The notes beneath the pieces are model-generated. The model ran no database searches, was not told the DNA's origin, and worked only from the letters and a program-made list of their open reading frames with translations. A DNA stretch of 53,208 nucleotides from a virus (lineage: Duplodnaviria; Caudoviricetes): positions 1-53,208 of IMG/VR virus record IMGVR_UViG_3300011335_000433; one strand, 5' to 3'. The number at the start of each line of letters is the position of its first letter. Within the stretch, counting starts at the first letter, position 1. The position numbers and the translations under genes were made by a program. This document shows positions 44,598 to 52,184 of this stretch, piece after piece.

Positions 44598-46087
44598 AGT
44601 GGGCGCTCCTCAATCTCAAGGTGGTGGGCGTGGGTCACTCGACCGCCACGGGCTTTGTGGTTCACATGCTCTTCGGCCATCCACTCTTGGGGGCCAACAC
44701 AGCCACCACCGGCAAAGCCAAATGTCTTCTTCTTGAACGGTTGAGCGCGGGGCAGATCGGACATGCCAGCGGCCTTGTTGATTGACTTCACCTCGGCATC
44801 AGTCAGCACCTTATTGACCTTCATCGATCCACCAATCAGCCAGTTGCCCGTCATGTTGGGGTTGGTCTTGTATCTATAGTGCCCACCCTTGGGGATCTGG
44901 TCGGTGATGTGCGACTTGACGGGGATCACCTTGCCCTGAGCGTTGGTGCCACGTCTGGTGGCCTCTGATTGCCAATCCACATCGTCTGGCATCTCCACCT
45001 CAGCCCATGCATGGTTGGCCGGTCGGCGGTCGGGCGCTGTCAGCTTGGGGTCAGACTTCTCACCGATGTGTGTGGCGATGGGCAGGTCACCGGCATGCCA
45101 GCCGGGACGGTAAGCCAAGGCACCGATCTTTGATTTGACCTTTCCGTTGGCCATCTCACCCTCTTTGGCGTCCGTCCATTTGTTCATCTCCACCGGGGTG
45201 TTGGCGTCCACAAACAGGGGAAACAGCTTGCCTGGATGGTCGGGGTGGACGCGGAACAACTTGTAGGCCTTGACGGTCTTCTTGGGCTCCACAGAGCCAC
45301 CCTTGGCCATGTTGAGGTCGTCTTTAGTGGTGTCGTAGGTGCCACGGTTGCCGATAGCCGACTTGATCATCTTGGGGTCGTAATGAACCACTTCGCTCAG
45401 GTCGCCATTGCGGTACTGCATCAAGGCGTCATGGCCCTTTGCCATGGCTCGGGTCATCACCTCTTTGCCGATGTAGCCCTTCTTTTCATATGCCTTTTCG
45501 ACCATCTTCTCGGCCTTCATGCGGTCAACGCCCAGCCTGATCAAAGCCTCGACCATTGGGTCTTTGGAGATCTCGCCGGTGATTTTGAGCGGGTTCTTCA
45601 CCTTGGCTTTTAGGGGCATCATGTACCCACCGATCTGACCGGGCTTGAGGTTGCCGGTGCGACGGATGTTCTCGAACTCTCGAGCGATTGGCTCAGATGA
45701 TGGGTGGCTCTTGAGCAAGTCAAGCGCCTCTTGGTTGGGTGATCCGCTGTAGCCGCTGGAATGGGCCGCAGAGGGCGTCATGTACACACCGGCACCCAGT
45801 GACCCCTCCTTGCTCATCTTGAGCTTGCTGAGGGCTTCCTGGCCCTTGCCGCCTTCGCTCTGCGTGGTGCTGTGGTACAGGCGCATTGGGGTGTGACTGC
45901 CCTCGAGGAACTGATCAAGGTTGGTTGATCCACCACCGGCTTTGGGCTGTGGCTTCACCGGGGGCAGACCATGCATCTTTTCCAGGTTGCCCTGAGCCTG
46001 TTGCTTCCTGCGCTGGGCCTCCACCACGGGCGCATAGGATTGCCTCAGGCGCTGAAAATCAGCCAGTTGCTGTGGGGTTAGTGGCAC
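44594..46087 (-). CDS. ADP-ribosyltransferase-like (ART-PolyVal-type) two-domain protein
   Basis: RLYHST, GAGVYMTP, KNPL, GHDAL, EVVHYDPKMIKSAIGN; second domain KAYKLF...RPGWHAG...WAEVE. Confidence 0.7.
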   Translation of the reverse strand: MPLTPQQLADFQRLRQSYAPVVEAQRRKQQAQGNLEKMHGLPPVKPQPKAGGGSTNLDQFLEGSHTPMRLYHSTTQSEGGKGQEALSKLKMSKEGSLGAGVYMTPSAAHSSGYSGSPNQEALDLLKSHPSSEPIAREFENIRRTGNLKPGQIGGYMMPLKAKVKNPLKITGEISKDPMVEALIRLGVDRMKAEKMVEKAYEKKGYIGKEVMTRAMAKGHDALMQYRNGDLSEVVHYDPKMIKSAIGNRGTYDTTKDDLNMAKGGSVEPKKTVKAYKLFRVHPDHPGKLFPLFVDANTPVEMNKWTDAKEGEMANGKVKSKIGALAYRPGWHAGDLPIATHIGEKSDPKLTAPDRRPANHAWAEVEMPDDVDWQSEATRRGTNAQGKVIPVKSHITDQIPKGGHYRYKTNPNMTGNWLIGGSMKVNKVLTDAEVKSINKAAGMSDLPRAQPFKKKTFGFAGGGCVGPQEWMAEEHVNHKARGGRVTHAHHLEIEERPL

Positions 46088-46113
46088 CGCTCGTCCTCTT
46101 GGTGGTTTGCGGA

Positions 46114-46142
46114 ATTATGCCTTCTGTTGGGGCGCAGGTCTA
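46114..46142 (-). promoter_or_regulatory. putative sigma70 promoter upstream of the ART-like gene
   Basis: TAGACC-17 nt-CATAAT. Confidence 0.45.
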
Positions 46143-46190
46143 CCAGGGCACCCTTTGCACCGTGGCTTGACCTGACACACCCCAAGGCGC

Positions 46191-46364
46191 TCACACCGGC
46201 TCATTCTTGCGCCGCCATACAACCCACTCTTTGAACATCTGCCACACCTGTTGCTCACTGATCTCAGCGTTGGGCTGACACAGCACCTCGAACCGGTTGG
46301 CGCACATCGTGGTCACCACGCCCTCACGGTGGATGACCTTCTCATAGTCTTTGACTTCTTCCAT
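46191..46364 (-). CDS. 57-aa hypothetical protein
   Basis: AAGGAG RBS; hand translation MEEVKDYEKVIHREG... Confidence 0.65.
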   Translation of the reverse strand: MEEVKDYEKVIHREGVVTTMCANRFEVLCQPNAEISEQQVWQMFKEWVVWRRKNEPV

Positions 46365-46397
46365 GATGCTCCTTTTGCGGTTTAACCGCGACTGTAT

Positions 46398-47825
46398 TTA
46401 CACGGCATAGGGGTTCACACGTTGGCGACGGTTGTACTCCTCGGCATCGAGGATGTCGTCGCCATCGAATGGATCTCGAGGGGGTGCGTCGATGCTGATC
46501 CAGCCACCATCACGCAGGTACCGCAGGCCCTGGCTGATGCAGTCCACGAACTCATCATGCACCGTTTCAGGGAAGGAGCATATCTGGCTGACCATGCCCT
46601 CGGCCCAGTCCTTGACGTAACCCTTGCGCACGGACGACTCAGGCACCCACACGCGGCCTGCTTTGATGATGTTGGACACAATGCTCAACCGTTGGATCTT
46701 GTCGGCCTTGCCGGGGTTGTAGGCGTGGACGGGCAGGTGGGCACGCTGTAAGTCTTGGATCAGGCTGATACCGGCGCTCTTGTCCTCCACCAGGATCAAG
46801 TCCACCAGCTTGCGCTCACGGCCCTCACCATAGACCGTTTCAAACTCTTCAATGACCTTGGGGCGAAGGTCGGGGTACTGAAGGTGCTCCTGCCAGCAGT
46901 CAAGCACCATGACGCTCATGCCGCCGTCCATGGGCTTGAACACGCCCAGGGTGATTGAGCCGGTGGGGTCGTTGTGGGTCTTGTCGCTCGTGGCGCAGTC
47001 ATATGACTGGATGATGAACTCCAGCGGGGGGAAGGGCTTGCCGTTGGGCCACAGGCGGAACCAGTCACGGCGCACGATGCCACCCTCCTCGGGATCGATG
47101 ATCTCGGCGTGGATCTCCTGACGGCCCAGGTTGGTGCCCTCGTATTGGAGGATCTGCTTTTGGAAGGACGGCGCAAGGTTCTTGATGTTGCTGTAGGTGC
47201 TGGCGCGGGTCACCACCACGTCATCACCCTCCCGGCTGATCAAGTCCATCACCACCTCTTTGGGCTTGGGTGTGGTCGAGCAAATCAGCTTGGTGCGCTG
47301 GCCAAGCCGGATGCCGAACTGGATCATGTCCCAGGATTCCTGAAGGTACTCCCATGCGGCCAACTCATCCAGCCAGCCACCATGGAACTGCGGCCCCCTG
47401 AAACGCTCGGGCTCCGACGCCGGTATGCCCTTGATAAAGCTACCATTGATAAGCTTCAGCTCATGTAAACTTTTGTTGTAGTCAGCAATTAGAACTTTTG
47501 GTATAACTGAGAGCAGGCCAGAGTCGCCTTCAAAGCATGTGCCCTTCAAGTCACCGCTGGTGGGGGCGGACACCAGCCACCGGGTGCCGGGTTGCTCCCA
47601 GGCCCACTCGGCCAGGGTTTCAGCCGCGGCTCGGGTCTTACCGGCTCCACGGCCAGCCAGCATGAGCCAGATGTTCCACCACTCCCCTGGGGGCTCAATC
47701 TGATGCTTGTGGGCCTTTTGGTACCACTCCATGCGCCAGTTGACCACCGCCTGCTGTACCGGATGGAGCTTTGCGAACTCCTCGACCAGCGCCGGGTCTT
47801 CCAGAAGTTCAGCTACTGCGCTCAT
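46398..47825 (-). CDS. terL: terminase large subunit
   Basis: LAGRGAGKT, RGPQF..GWLDE, QSYDCA, VEDKSAG, HDEFVD. Confidence 0.95.
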   Translation of the reverse strand: MSAVAELLEDPALVEEFAKLHPVQQAVVNWRMEWYQKAHKHQIEPPGEWWNIWLMLAGRGAGKTRAAAETLAEWAWEQPGTRWLVSAPTSGDLKGTCFEGDSGLLSVIPKVLIADYNKSLHELKLINGSFIKGIPASEPERFRGPQFHGGWLDELAAWEYLQESWDMIQFGIRLGQRTKLICSTTPKPKEVVMDLISREGDDVVVTRASTYSNIKNLAPSFQKQILQYEGTNLGRQEIHAEIIDPEEGGIVRRDWFRLWPNGKPFPPLEFIIQSYDCATSDKTHNDPTGSITLGVFKPMDGGMSVMVLDCWQEHLQYPDLRPKVIEEFETVYGEGRERKLVDLILVEDKSAGISLIQDLQRAHLPVHAYNPGKADKIQRLSIVSNIIKAGRVWVPESSVRKGYVKDWAEGMVSQICSFPETVHDEFVDCISQGLRYLRDGGWISIDAPPRDPFDGDDILDAEEYNRRQRVNPYAV

Positions 47826-48196
47826 TCCACCTGCCGGGTCATCTTCATGTTCTTGAGCAGTTCACCGAACACATTGACGTTGTGCTCAATCACGATGGGC
47901 TTGTTGTCGTCCCCAGCCACTTCCATCCTGGCCAGCTTGGGGATGTGGTACTCCACCACGCTTTGGAACAGATCAAATGCCTTTGCCGGGTTAGGGGGCA
48001 CCACATACCGCTCGATTGGCTCCCCACTGTTGGCATCCACCTCAATGACCTTCACCCCATCGGCAACCTTGTCGAGCCACTCAGTGAGCCTGTGAGCGTT
48101 TCCATCAACAAATGAGGCTATGGCCTGTCTGGCGTCTGTTGTGGCCTTGTTGGGCGTTCCTGGTGCCCTGCCGCCTGTCTTTACACCTATTGCCAT
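47822..48196 (-). CDS. terS: terminase small subunit (putative)
   Basis: GGRAPGTPNK motif and PKL; GGAGG RBS; immediately upstream of terL. Confidence 0.7.
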   Translation of the reverse strand: MAIGVKTGGRAPGTPNKATTDARQAIASFVDGNAHRLTEWLDKVADGVKVIEVDANSGEPIERYVVPPNPAKAFDLFQSVVEYHIPKLARMEVAGDDNKPIVIEHNVNVFGELLKNMKMTRQVE

Positions 48197-48313
48197 GTCA
48201 TGCTCCTCCAAATAAATCTATTTTAGATTCTTTGTGAGCATCAACTAACTTAGTTCTGTAGGTCATATTCCAGTCCTTTGTCGCGCAGTCATTTCAGCGC
48301 ATAGGGTGGAAGT

Positions 48314-48574
48314 TTACATCGGTTCAGTTGTTGCCTGCTTTGCTTGGCGTGCATCCACGCATGGTTTGCAAACATACTTCAGGAGCCCAGTCTTCATGTT
48401 CATGATGCACCCTTTTTCAGGAACGGATTGCTTTTGGCAAGTCCAGCACATTTTTCCACGGGTGTGCATCCAGGTTTTTTGTTGGTTGATTGTGTTCAAA
48501 ACAGTGTTGCCCTGCGCAAGCATGTTGAACTGACCACCACTAGCTTTACCCTTATGGGTTTCCCATTTGCTCAT
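48314..48574 (-). CDS. Zn-ribbon hypothetical protein
   Basis: CWTC...CKPC. Confidence 0.7.
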   Translation of the reverse strand: MSKWETHKGKASGGQFNMLAQGNTVLNTINQQKTWMHTRGKMCWTCQKQSVPEKGCIMNMKTGLLKYVCKPCVDARQAKQATTEPM

Positions 48575-48593
48575 TTCATGTCCCCTTCGTTTG

Positions 48594-48896
48594 TCATTCT
48601 GCTTCGCTCCTCAGGATGCGGTGCTCGGCGAACTTCCTGTACACCTTGAGTTCTGCGTTTTCCTTCTTCAGGCGCTCGATCTCCGACTGCATGTGGCTCA
48701 TGCGGCTCATGGCTTGGTCAATCCAGTTGCTGACCTCCACCGGCATGCTGAACTTCTGTGTGGGCATGGTGACCTTGATTGGGCGTGCCATGACCTTCAT
48801 TTCTGGTTTAACCAGGGTTTTGGGTTTGGCCACCCCTGGTTTAACCAGGGTTTTCTTTGCCGGAGTTTTTTTGGCCGGGGCCTTTTTTGTTGCCAT
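48594..48896 (-). CDS. protein with histone-like KKAPAKK N-terminus and coiled coil
   Basis: MATKKAPAKKTPAKK; AGGA RBS. Confidence 0.7.
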   Translation of the reverse strand: MATKKAPAKKTPAKKTLVKPGVAKPKTLVKPEMKVMARPIKVTMPTQKFSMPVEVSNWIDQAMSRMSHMQSEIERLKKENAELKVYRKFAEHRILRSEAE

Positions 48897-48903
48897 GATG
48901 ATC

Positions 48904-49122
48904 CTAGTGTTGGTGATGGGTTCGGGCGACTTCTTCGGCACGTTTGAACTGACCGGGGCTCACCTCATAGGTCAGGTTGTCCTTGCCGTTAAAGATGTAC
49001 ACATCGTAGTACTCGCCCTGGCCATGCTCAGGGTCGGGCTCGATGCGATCGTATGCCACCGTCACAGGGCCGAAGCCCAGGTCGGTTGGCACACGGTGTT
49101 GGAATTGTTCTTGTGTGACCAT
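48904..49122 (-). CDS. hypothetical protein
   Basis: GAGGAG RBS before ATG 49122. Confidence 0.7.
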   Translation of the reverse strand: MVTQEQFQHRVPTDLGFGPVTVAYDRIEPDPEHGQGEYYDVYIFNGKDNLTYEVSPGQFKRAEEVARTHHQH

Positions 49123-49132
49123 GGTTGTCTCC

Positions 49133-49291
49133 TCAAAGAATGATGATCTCTTCATCGGTGTGGATCTCGCGCACGTCATAGCTGATCTTGTCCAGCATCT
49201 TGTCGATGGCGGCATCCAGGGTAGCGGCGTACACCACGAAGTCGTGGGTGTGGCCGGTTTTGCTGATGACGGTGAGGGTGTAGTCTTGCAT
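49133..49291 (-). CDS. 52-aa hypothetical protein
   Basis: GGAG RBS after a UUCG hairpin. Confidence 0.65.
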   Translation of the reverse strand: MQDYTLTVISKTGHTHDFVVYAATLDAAIDKMLDKISYDVREIHTDEEIIIL

Positions 49292-49308
49292 GATGATCTC
49301 CAAAGTGA

Positions 49309-49322
49309 GGGGCCGAAGCCCC
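49309..49322 (-). repeat. C(UUCG)G hairpin, cassette A end
   Basis: ATCAAC-GGGGCTTCGGCCCC-TCA; near-identical to 51096-51109. Confidence 0.75.
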
Positions 49323-49328
49323 GTTGAT

Positions 49329-49709
49329 TTAACCTGCTTGCTGTTCAGCAAAAAAACGCTGGGCTTCGGTGCCTTGGCTGACATACTCATCAGAACCATA
49401 AGCAGGATCGACCTCATACCAGTAAGAAGAATCTATGGCCCGACCGGCTTGAAGGGCGGCGTTGACACGAGCGGCCAAACGATCTGCTTTGCCAGATGCC
49501 TCTTCGCGCAAATCAGAAAAGTTCACTTCACCGGTTTCTTCGCAAATCAAGCTCATAACACCTCTAAAAGTAGCGTTGTGGCGGAAACGACGACCAGCTT
49601 CGTTCTCCATCAAAACGTAATAGCATTCAGCGATGAATGGGTGGCCGTCACAGGCATAACCTGCGGTGTAAAGATCTGAGGCCACATATGCGTTGTAGGT
49701 TGCTTTCAT
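49329..49709 (-). CDS. early hypothetical protein (PAYGSxxY motif)
   Basis: 126 aa; first gene after promoter cassette A. Confidence 0.75.
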   Translation of the reverse strand: MKATYNAYVASDLYTAGYACDGHPFIAECYYVLMENEAGRRFRHNATFRGVMSLICEETGEVNFSDLREEASGKADRLAARVNAALQAGRAIDSSYWYEVDPAYGSDEYVSQGTEAQRFFAEQQAG

Positions 49710-49803
49710 TTGGAATCTCCGGTTAAACCTGCTTGTTGCAGTGATTGAACTGTAACACGGAGTTAGAGCTTCCCAAACTATTTTGATAGGTGCTTTCCCT
49801 AAT
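49707..49803 (-). promoter_or_regulatory. early promoter/leader cassette A
   Basis: TAGGGAAAGCACCTA box, CGTGTTACAGTT, CACTGCAA..AAGCAGGTTTAAC, GGAG..TCCAAATG; repeated at 51455-51563. Confidence 0.7.
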
Positions 49804-49817
49804 GTTGTATTTATGCA

Positions 49818-49919
49818 TCACGGCCTCCAGATCAGCACGTCCAGGGCCACCACGATGACTGCCAGCAGGAACACAACCCGCTGGAGCCTCTGGAATCGAT
49901 TGTGGGTGAAGGGTGGCAT
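49818..49919 (-). CDS. 33-aa single-TM microprotein (…LDVLIWRP)
   Basis: Hand translation; fills the gap after the 49922 gene. Confidence 0.6.
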   Translation of the reverse strand: MPPFTHNRFQRLQRVVFLLAVIVVALDVLIWRP

Positions 49920-49921
49920 GG

Positions 49922-50209
49922 TCACATCCTTTGCATCGATATGCGGTTCAGGATGGCCTCTGCGGCGTCCCTGAGGGCCGCGGCCACGGCTCCCTCGTCT
50001 TCCATGTCCGCGAGATTGTTCACCACGTCTGCACAGGCTTGGCGCTCGATGAACACGGCCCTCTTGGACGTTTCGATGGCCACCGTCATGATCTCAGCCT
50101 TGCCGATGGCCAAAGCCTCATCGAACTCCTGCTGGGTGTAGAGGGTGACGTGGCCACCACCGCTCAGGATCTGTCGGGCCAGTTGGCTGACTTCTGGTTT
50201 TTTGGTCAT
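49922..50209 (-). CDS. hypothetical protein (ERQACA motif)
   Basis: AAGGAG RBS; ATGA coupling. Confidence 0.7.
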   Translation of the reverse strand: MTKKPEVSQLARQILSGGGHVTLYTQQEFDEALAIGKAEIMTVAIETSKRAVFIERQACADVVNNLADMEDEGAVAAALRDAAEAILNRISMQRM

Positions 50210-50394
50210 TTGTATCTCCTTAATGGGGTTGGCTCAACATGCCGCTCGGGCGGTGGTGGCTCCATCTTTTCACTGGGCGGCGTCCACCCATGTTTGCGCC
50301 AGATGGCTTGCACATCCGACCCAGACGACCACTTGAAGTCCTTATTGGGCACGCTGGGGTAGCTGATCTTTGAATGTGGGGGCATTTGGTTCAT
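50206..50394 (-). CDS. hypothetical protein
   Basis: GAGGAG RBS; DVQAIWRKHGWTPPS. Confidence 0.7.
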   Translation of the reverse strand: MNQMPPHSKISYPSVPNKDFKWSSGSDVQAIWRKHGWTPPSEKMEPPPPERHVEPTPLRRYK

Positions 50395-50404
50395 GGTGGA
50401 CTCC

Positions 50405-50632
50405 TCAAGGGTTTTTGTCAGTGATCACGCCAAGGTTTGCTCGACGCCACAATGGAAAGCCACTGCGCTTGGCACCGGCGTAAACCAATTGTTCCTCTGA
50501 ATACCGGTTCTTGTTAAACACCGGATACCCTGGCCCCACGTAAACGTGCGGGTTGCGGTAGTTGGGGACGTACATGACCTCGCCCAAGATGTATACGGAT
50601 TGCATAAAGGTTTCTTCTGCGTGCTCTTTCAT
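50405..50632 (-). CDS. hypothetical protein
   Basis: CAGGAG RBS before ATG 50632. Confidence 0.7.
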   Translation of the reverse strand: MKEHAEETFMQSVYILGEVMYVPNYRNPHVYVGPGYPVFNKNRYSEEQLVYAGAKRSGFPLWRRANLGVITDKNP

Positions 50633-50645
50633 GGTTTTCTCCTGG

Positions 50646-50900
50646 TTAAATTTGATAGACGGACAAGCGGCCTGGGTTGACCCACTCGGCATACAAGTTG
50701 TGCTGGGACAGCATGTTGTGCAACACCGGGTTCATGCTCTCACCACGCCACAAGGGGAACTCAGCGTAGTAATCAACCCACTTGAAGCTTTCGTCTTCCT
50801 CAGAACTGATGCTGAAGTTGCCGTTGTCTTCAACGTGCTCGTACACGGGCACCCCCGCTTTTTTGAGGGCATTAAATGCTTTGATGAATGGCCGTTTCAT
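50646..50900 (-). CDS. hypothetical protein
   Basis: AAGGAG RBS; LYAEWVNPG motif. Confidence 0.75.
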   Translation of the reverse strand: MKRPFIKAFNALKKAGVPVYEHVEDNGNFSISSEEDESFKWVDYYAEFPLWRGESMNPVLHNMLSQHNLYAEWVNPGRLSVYQI

Positions 50901-51079
50901 GCTGGCTCCTTTTCTTTGGCTGGCTTTTTGAAATGGGCGTAACGCTCAGGCCACCACAAGTACATGCCAACTTCTGCCACATCTTTAAACTGTGCGCCAG
51001 CAGTACTGTTGATGACATCAAGTGCCAACTTCAAACCTGCATCCAAGCCTCGTGCGTAATCTGATTTAGTGTCTTCCAT
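50897..51079 (-). CDS. hypothetical protein
   Basis: CAGGAG RBS after a UUCG hairpin. Confidence 0.7.
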   Translation of the reverse strand: MEDTKSDYARGLDAGLKLALDVINSTAGAQFKDVAEVGMYLWWPERYAHFKKPAKEKEPA

Positions 51080-51095
51080 AGTGTTCTCCTGATGA

Positions 51096-51109
51096 GGGGC
51101 CGAAGCCCC
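51096..51109 (-). repeat. C(UUCG)G hairpin, cassette B end
   Basis: ATCAACC-GGGGCTTCGGCCCC-TCA. Confidence 0.75.
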
Positions 51110-51115
51110 GGTTGA

Positions 51116-51457
51116 TTAAGCGGTGGTGGTGACTTTGATCACGGCGCTGGACTCGCCACGGAACTTCTTATTGAAGTCCTCGTCTGTGAGGTCTTTGAAT
51201 TGCTCTGTTGAGCGCAATGCGGCAATGATTGCATCTGCGTCCAAAGAACCAATGCGGTTTTCGATGGTCACACGCACACCGTATTTCTCACCACGGTGCT
51301 TGCCTTCGCCCAAGGTGTTGGCGATGCCGTCCTTGAGAACCTTGGTTTGAGCGGTCAGATTTTTGATCTGACGGTCGAGCACCGCGAGGGTGTCGATGTT
51401 GTTGGTCAGGGACTCGACAGTTGCGAGGGCTTGGATGGTTGCTTGAACTTCAGTCAT
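51116..51457 (-). CDS. early hypothetical protein
   Basis: 113 aa; first gene after promoter cassette B. Confidence 0.75.
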   Translation of the reverse strand: MTEVQATIQALATVESLTNNIDTLAVLDRQIKNLTAQTKVLKDGIANTLGEGKHRGEKYGVRVTIENRIGSLDADAIIAALRSTEQFKDLTDEDFNKKFRGESSAVIKVTTTA

Positions 51458-51563
51458 TTGGAACTCCTTAGTTAAACCTGCTTCGTTTGCAGTGAATGAA
51501 CTGTAACACGAAGTTTGAGGAAAAACCGGGCTGATCCAATTATTTACTAGGGACTTACCCTAA
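51455..51563 (-). promoter_or_regulatory. early promoter/leader cassette B
   Basis: TAGGGTAAGTCCCTA box, CGTGTTACAGTT, CACTGCAA...AAGCAGGTTTAAC, GGAGTTCCAAATG. Confidence 0.7.
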
Positions 51564-51579
51564 TATGATTTCAGCGAAG

Positions 51580-51849
51580 TTAATACTTGGGTTTCTCGTT
51601 TAAGCGTTTTATGGTCACATTGAGGGCGTCATGCTCATCCATCTTTGCGATGGCCCAGGCCCTTTTTTGGCCGTGCCAGCCCATCATGCTTCCCTGGTGA
51701 CATGACTTGCACAGGGCCACGCATGTGTACTGGCAGGACTGTTTGATGTGGTGTGCGTCAGAGGGGCCGGGGGCATCACACACCGAACAGGGCAATTCCT
51801 TGACCCGTCCGATGTATTCGCGCTCATCCGCGGTGAGCTTGTTGTTCAT
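51580..51849 (-). CDS. Ref/DUF968-like HNH Zn-binding protein
   Basis: LPCSVC...AHHI...LCKSCHQG. Confidence 0.7.
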   Translation of the reverse strand: MNNKLTADEREYIGRVKELPCSVCDAPGPSDAHHIKQSCQYTCVALCKSCHQGSMMGWHGQKRAWAIAKMDEHDALNVTIKRLNEKPKY

Positions 51850-52184
51850 GCCACCGCCTTGTCCATCACCCGGTTGGATGCCTCTGTGGAGCGCCAGCAG
51901 TCGATCCTGGCCTGGGCTGAGATCAACCCCCACCGATACCCTTCTTCGCGCTCTACAGCGGCTTTAAGGCCCTTCAGAAGCTCGATGTACTCAGGGTCAG
52001 CATACGCCTCTACCTCAGCCGCCGCCGCTGTCTTGGTGCCAGCCATCATGGCCGTGCGCATGAGCAAAGCCTTTTTGCTTTTGCGGAACTCCTCAATGTG
52101 TACCCGCTCGGCCTTTGCCTCGGCGTATTTCTGCCCGTGGGTGTACAGGTAGTCCACCGCGGCGTTGATGTCCTTCTGGTTCAT
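51846..52184 (-). CDS. helical hypothetical protein (recombination region)
   Basis: AEVEAYADPEY...WRSTEASNR pattern; ATGA coupling. Confidence 0.7.
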   Translation of the reverse strand: MNQKDINAAVDYLYTHGQKYAEAKAERVHIEEFRKSKKALLMRTAMMAGTKTAAAAEVEAYADPEYIELLKGLKAAVEREEGYRWGLISAQARIDCWRSTEASNRVMDKAVA

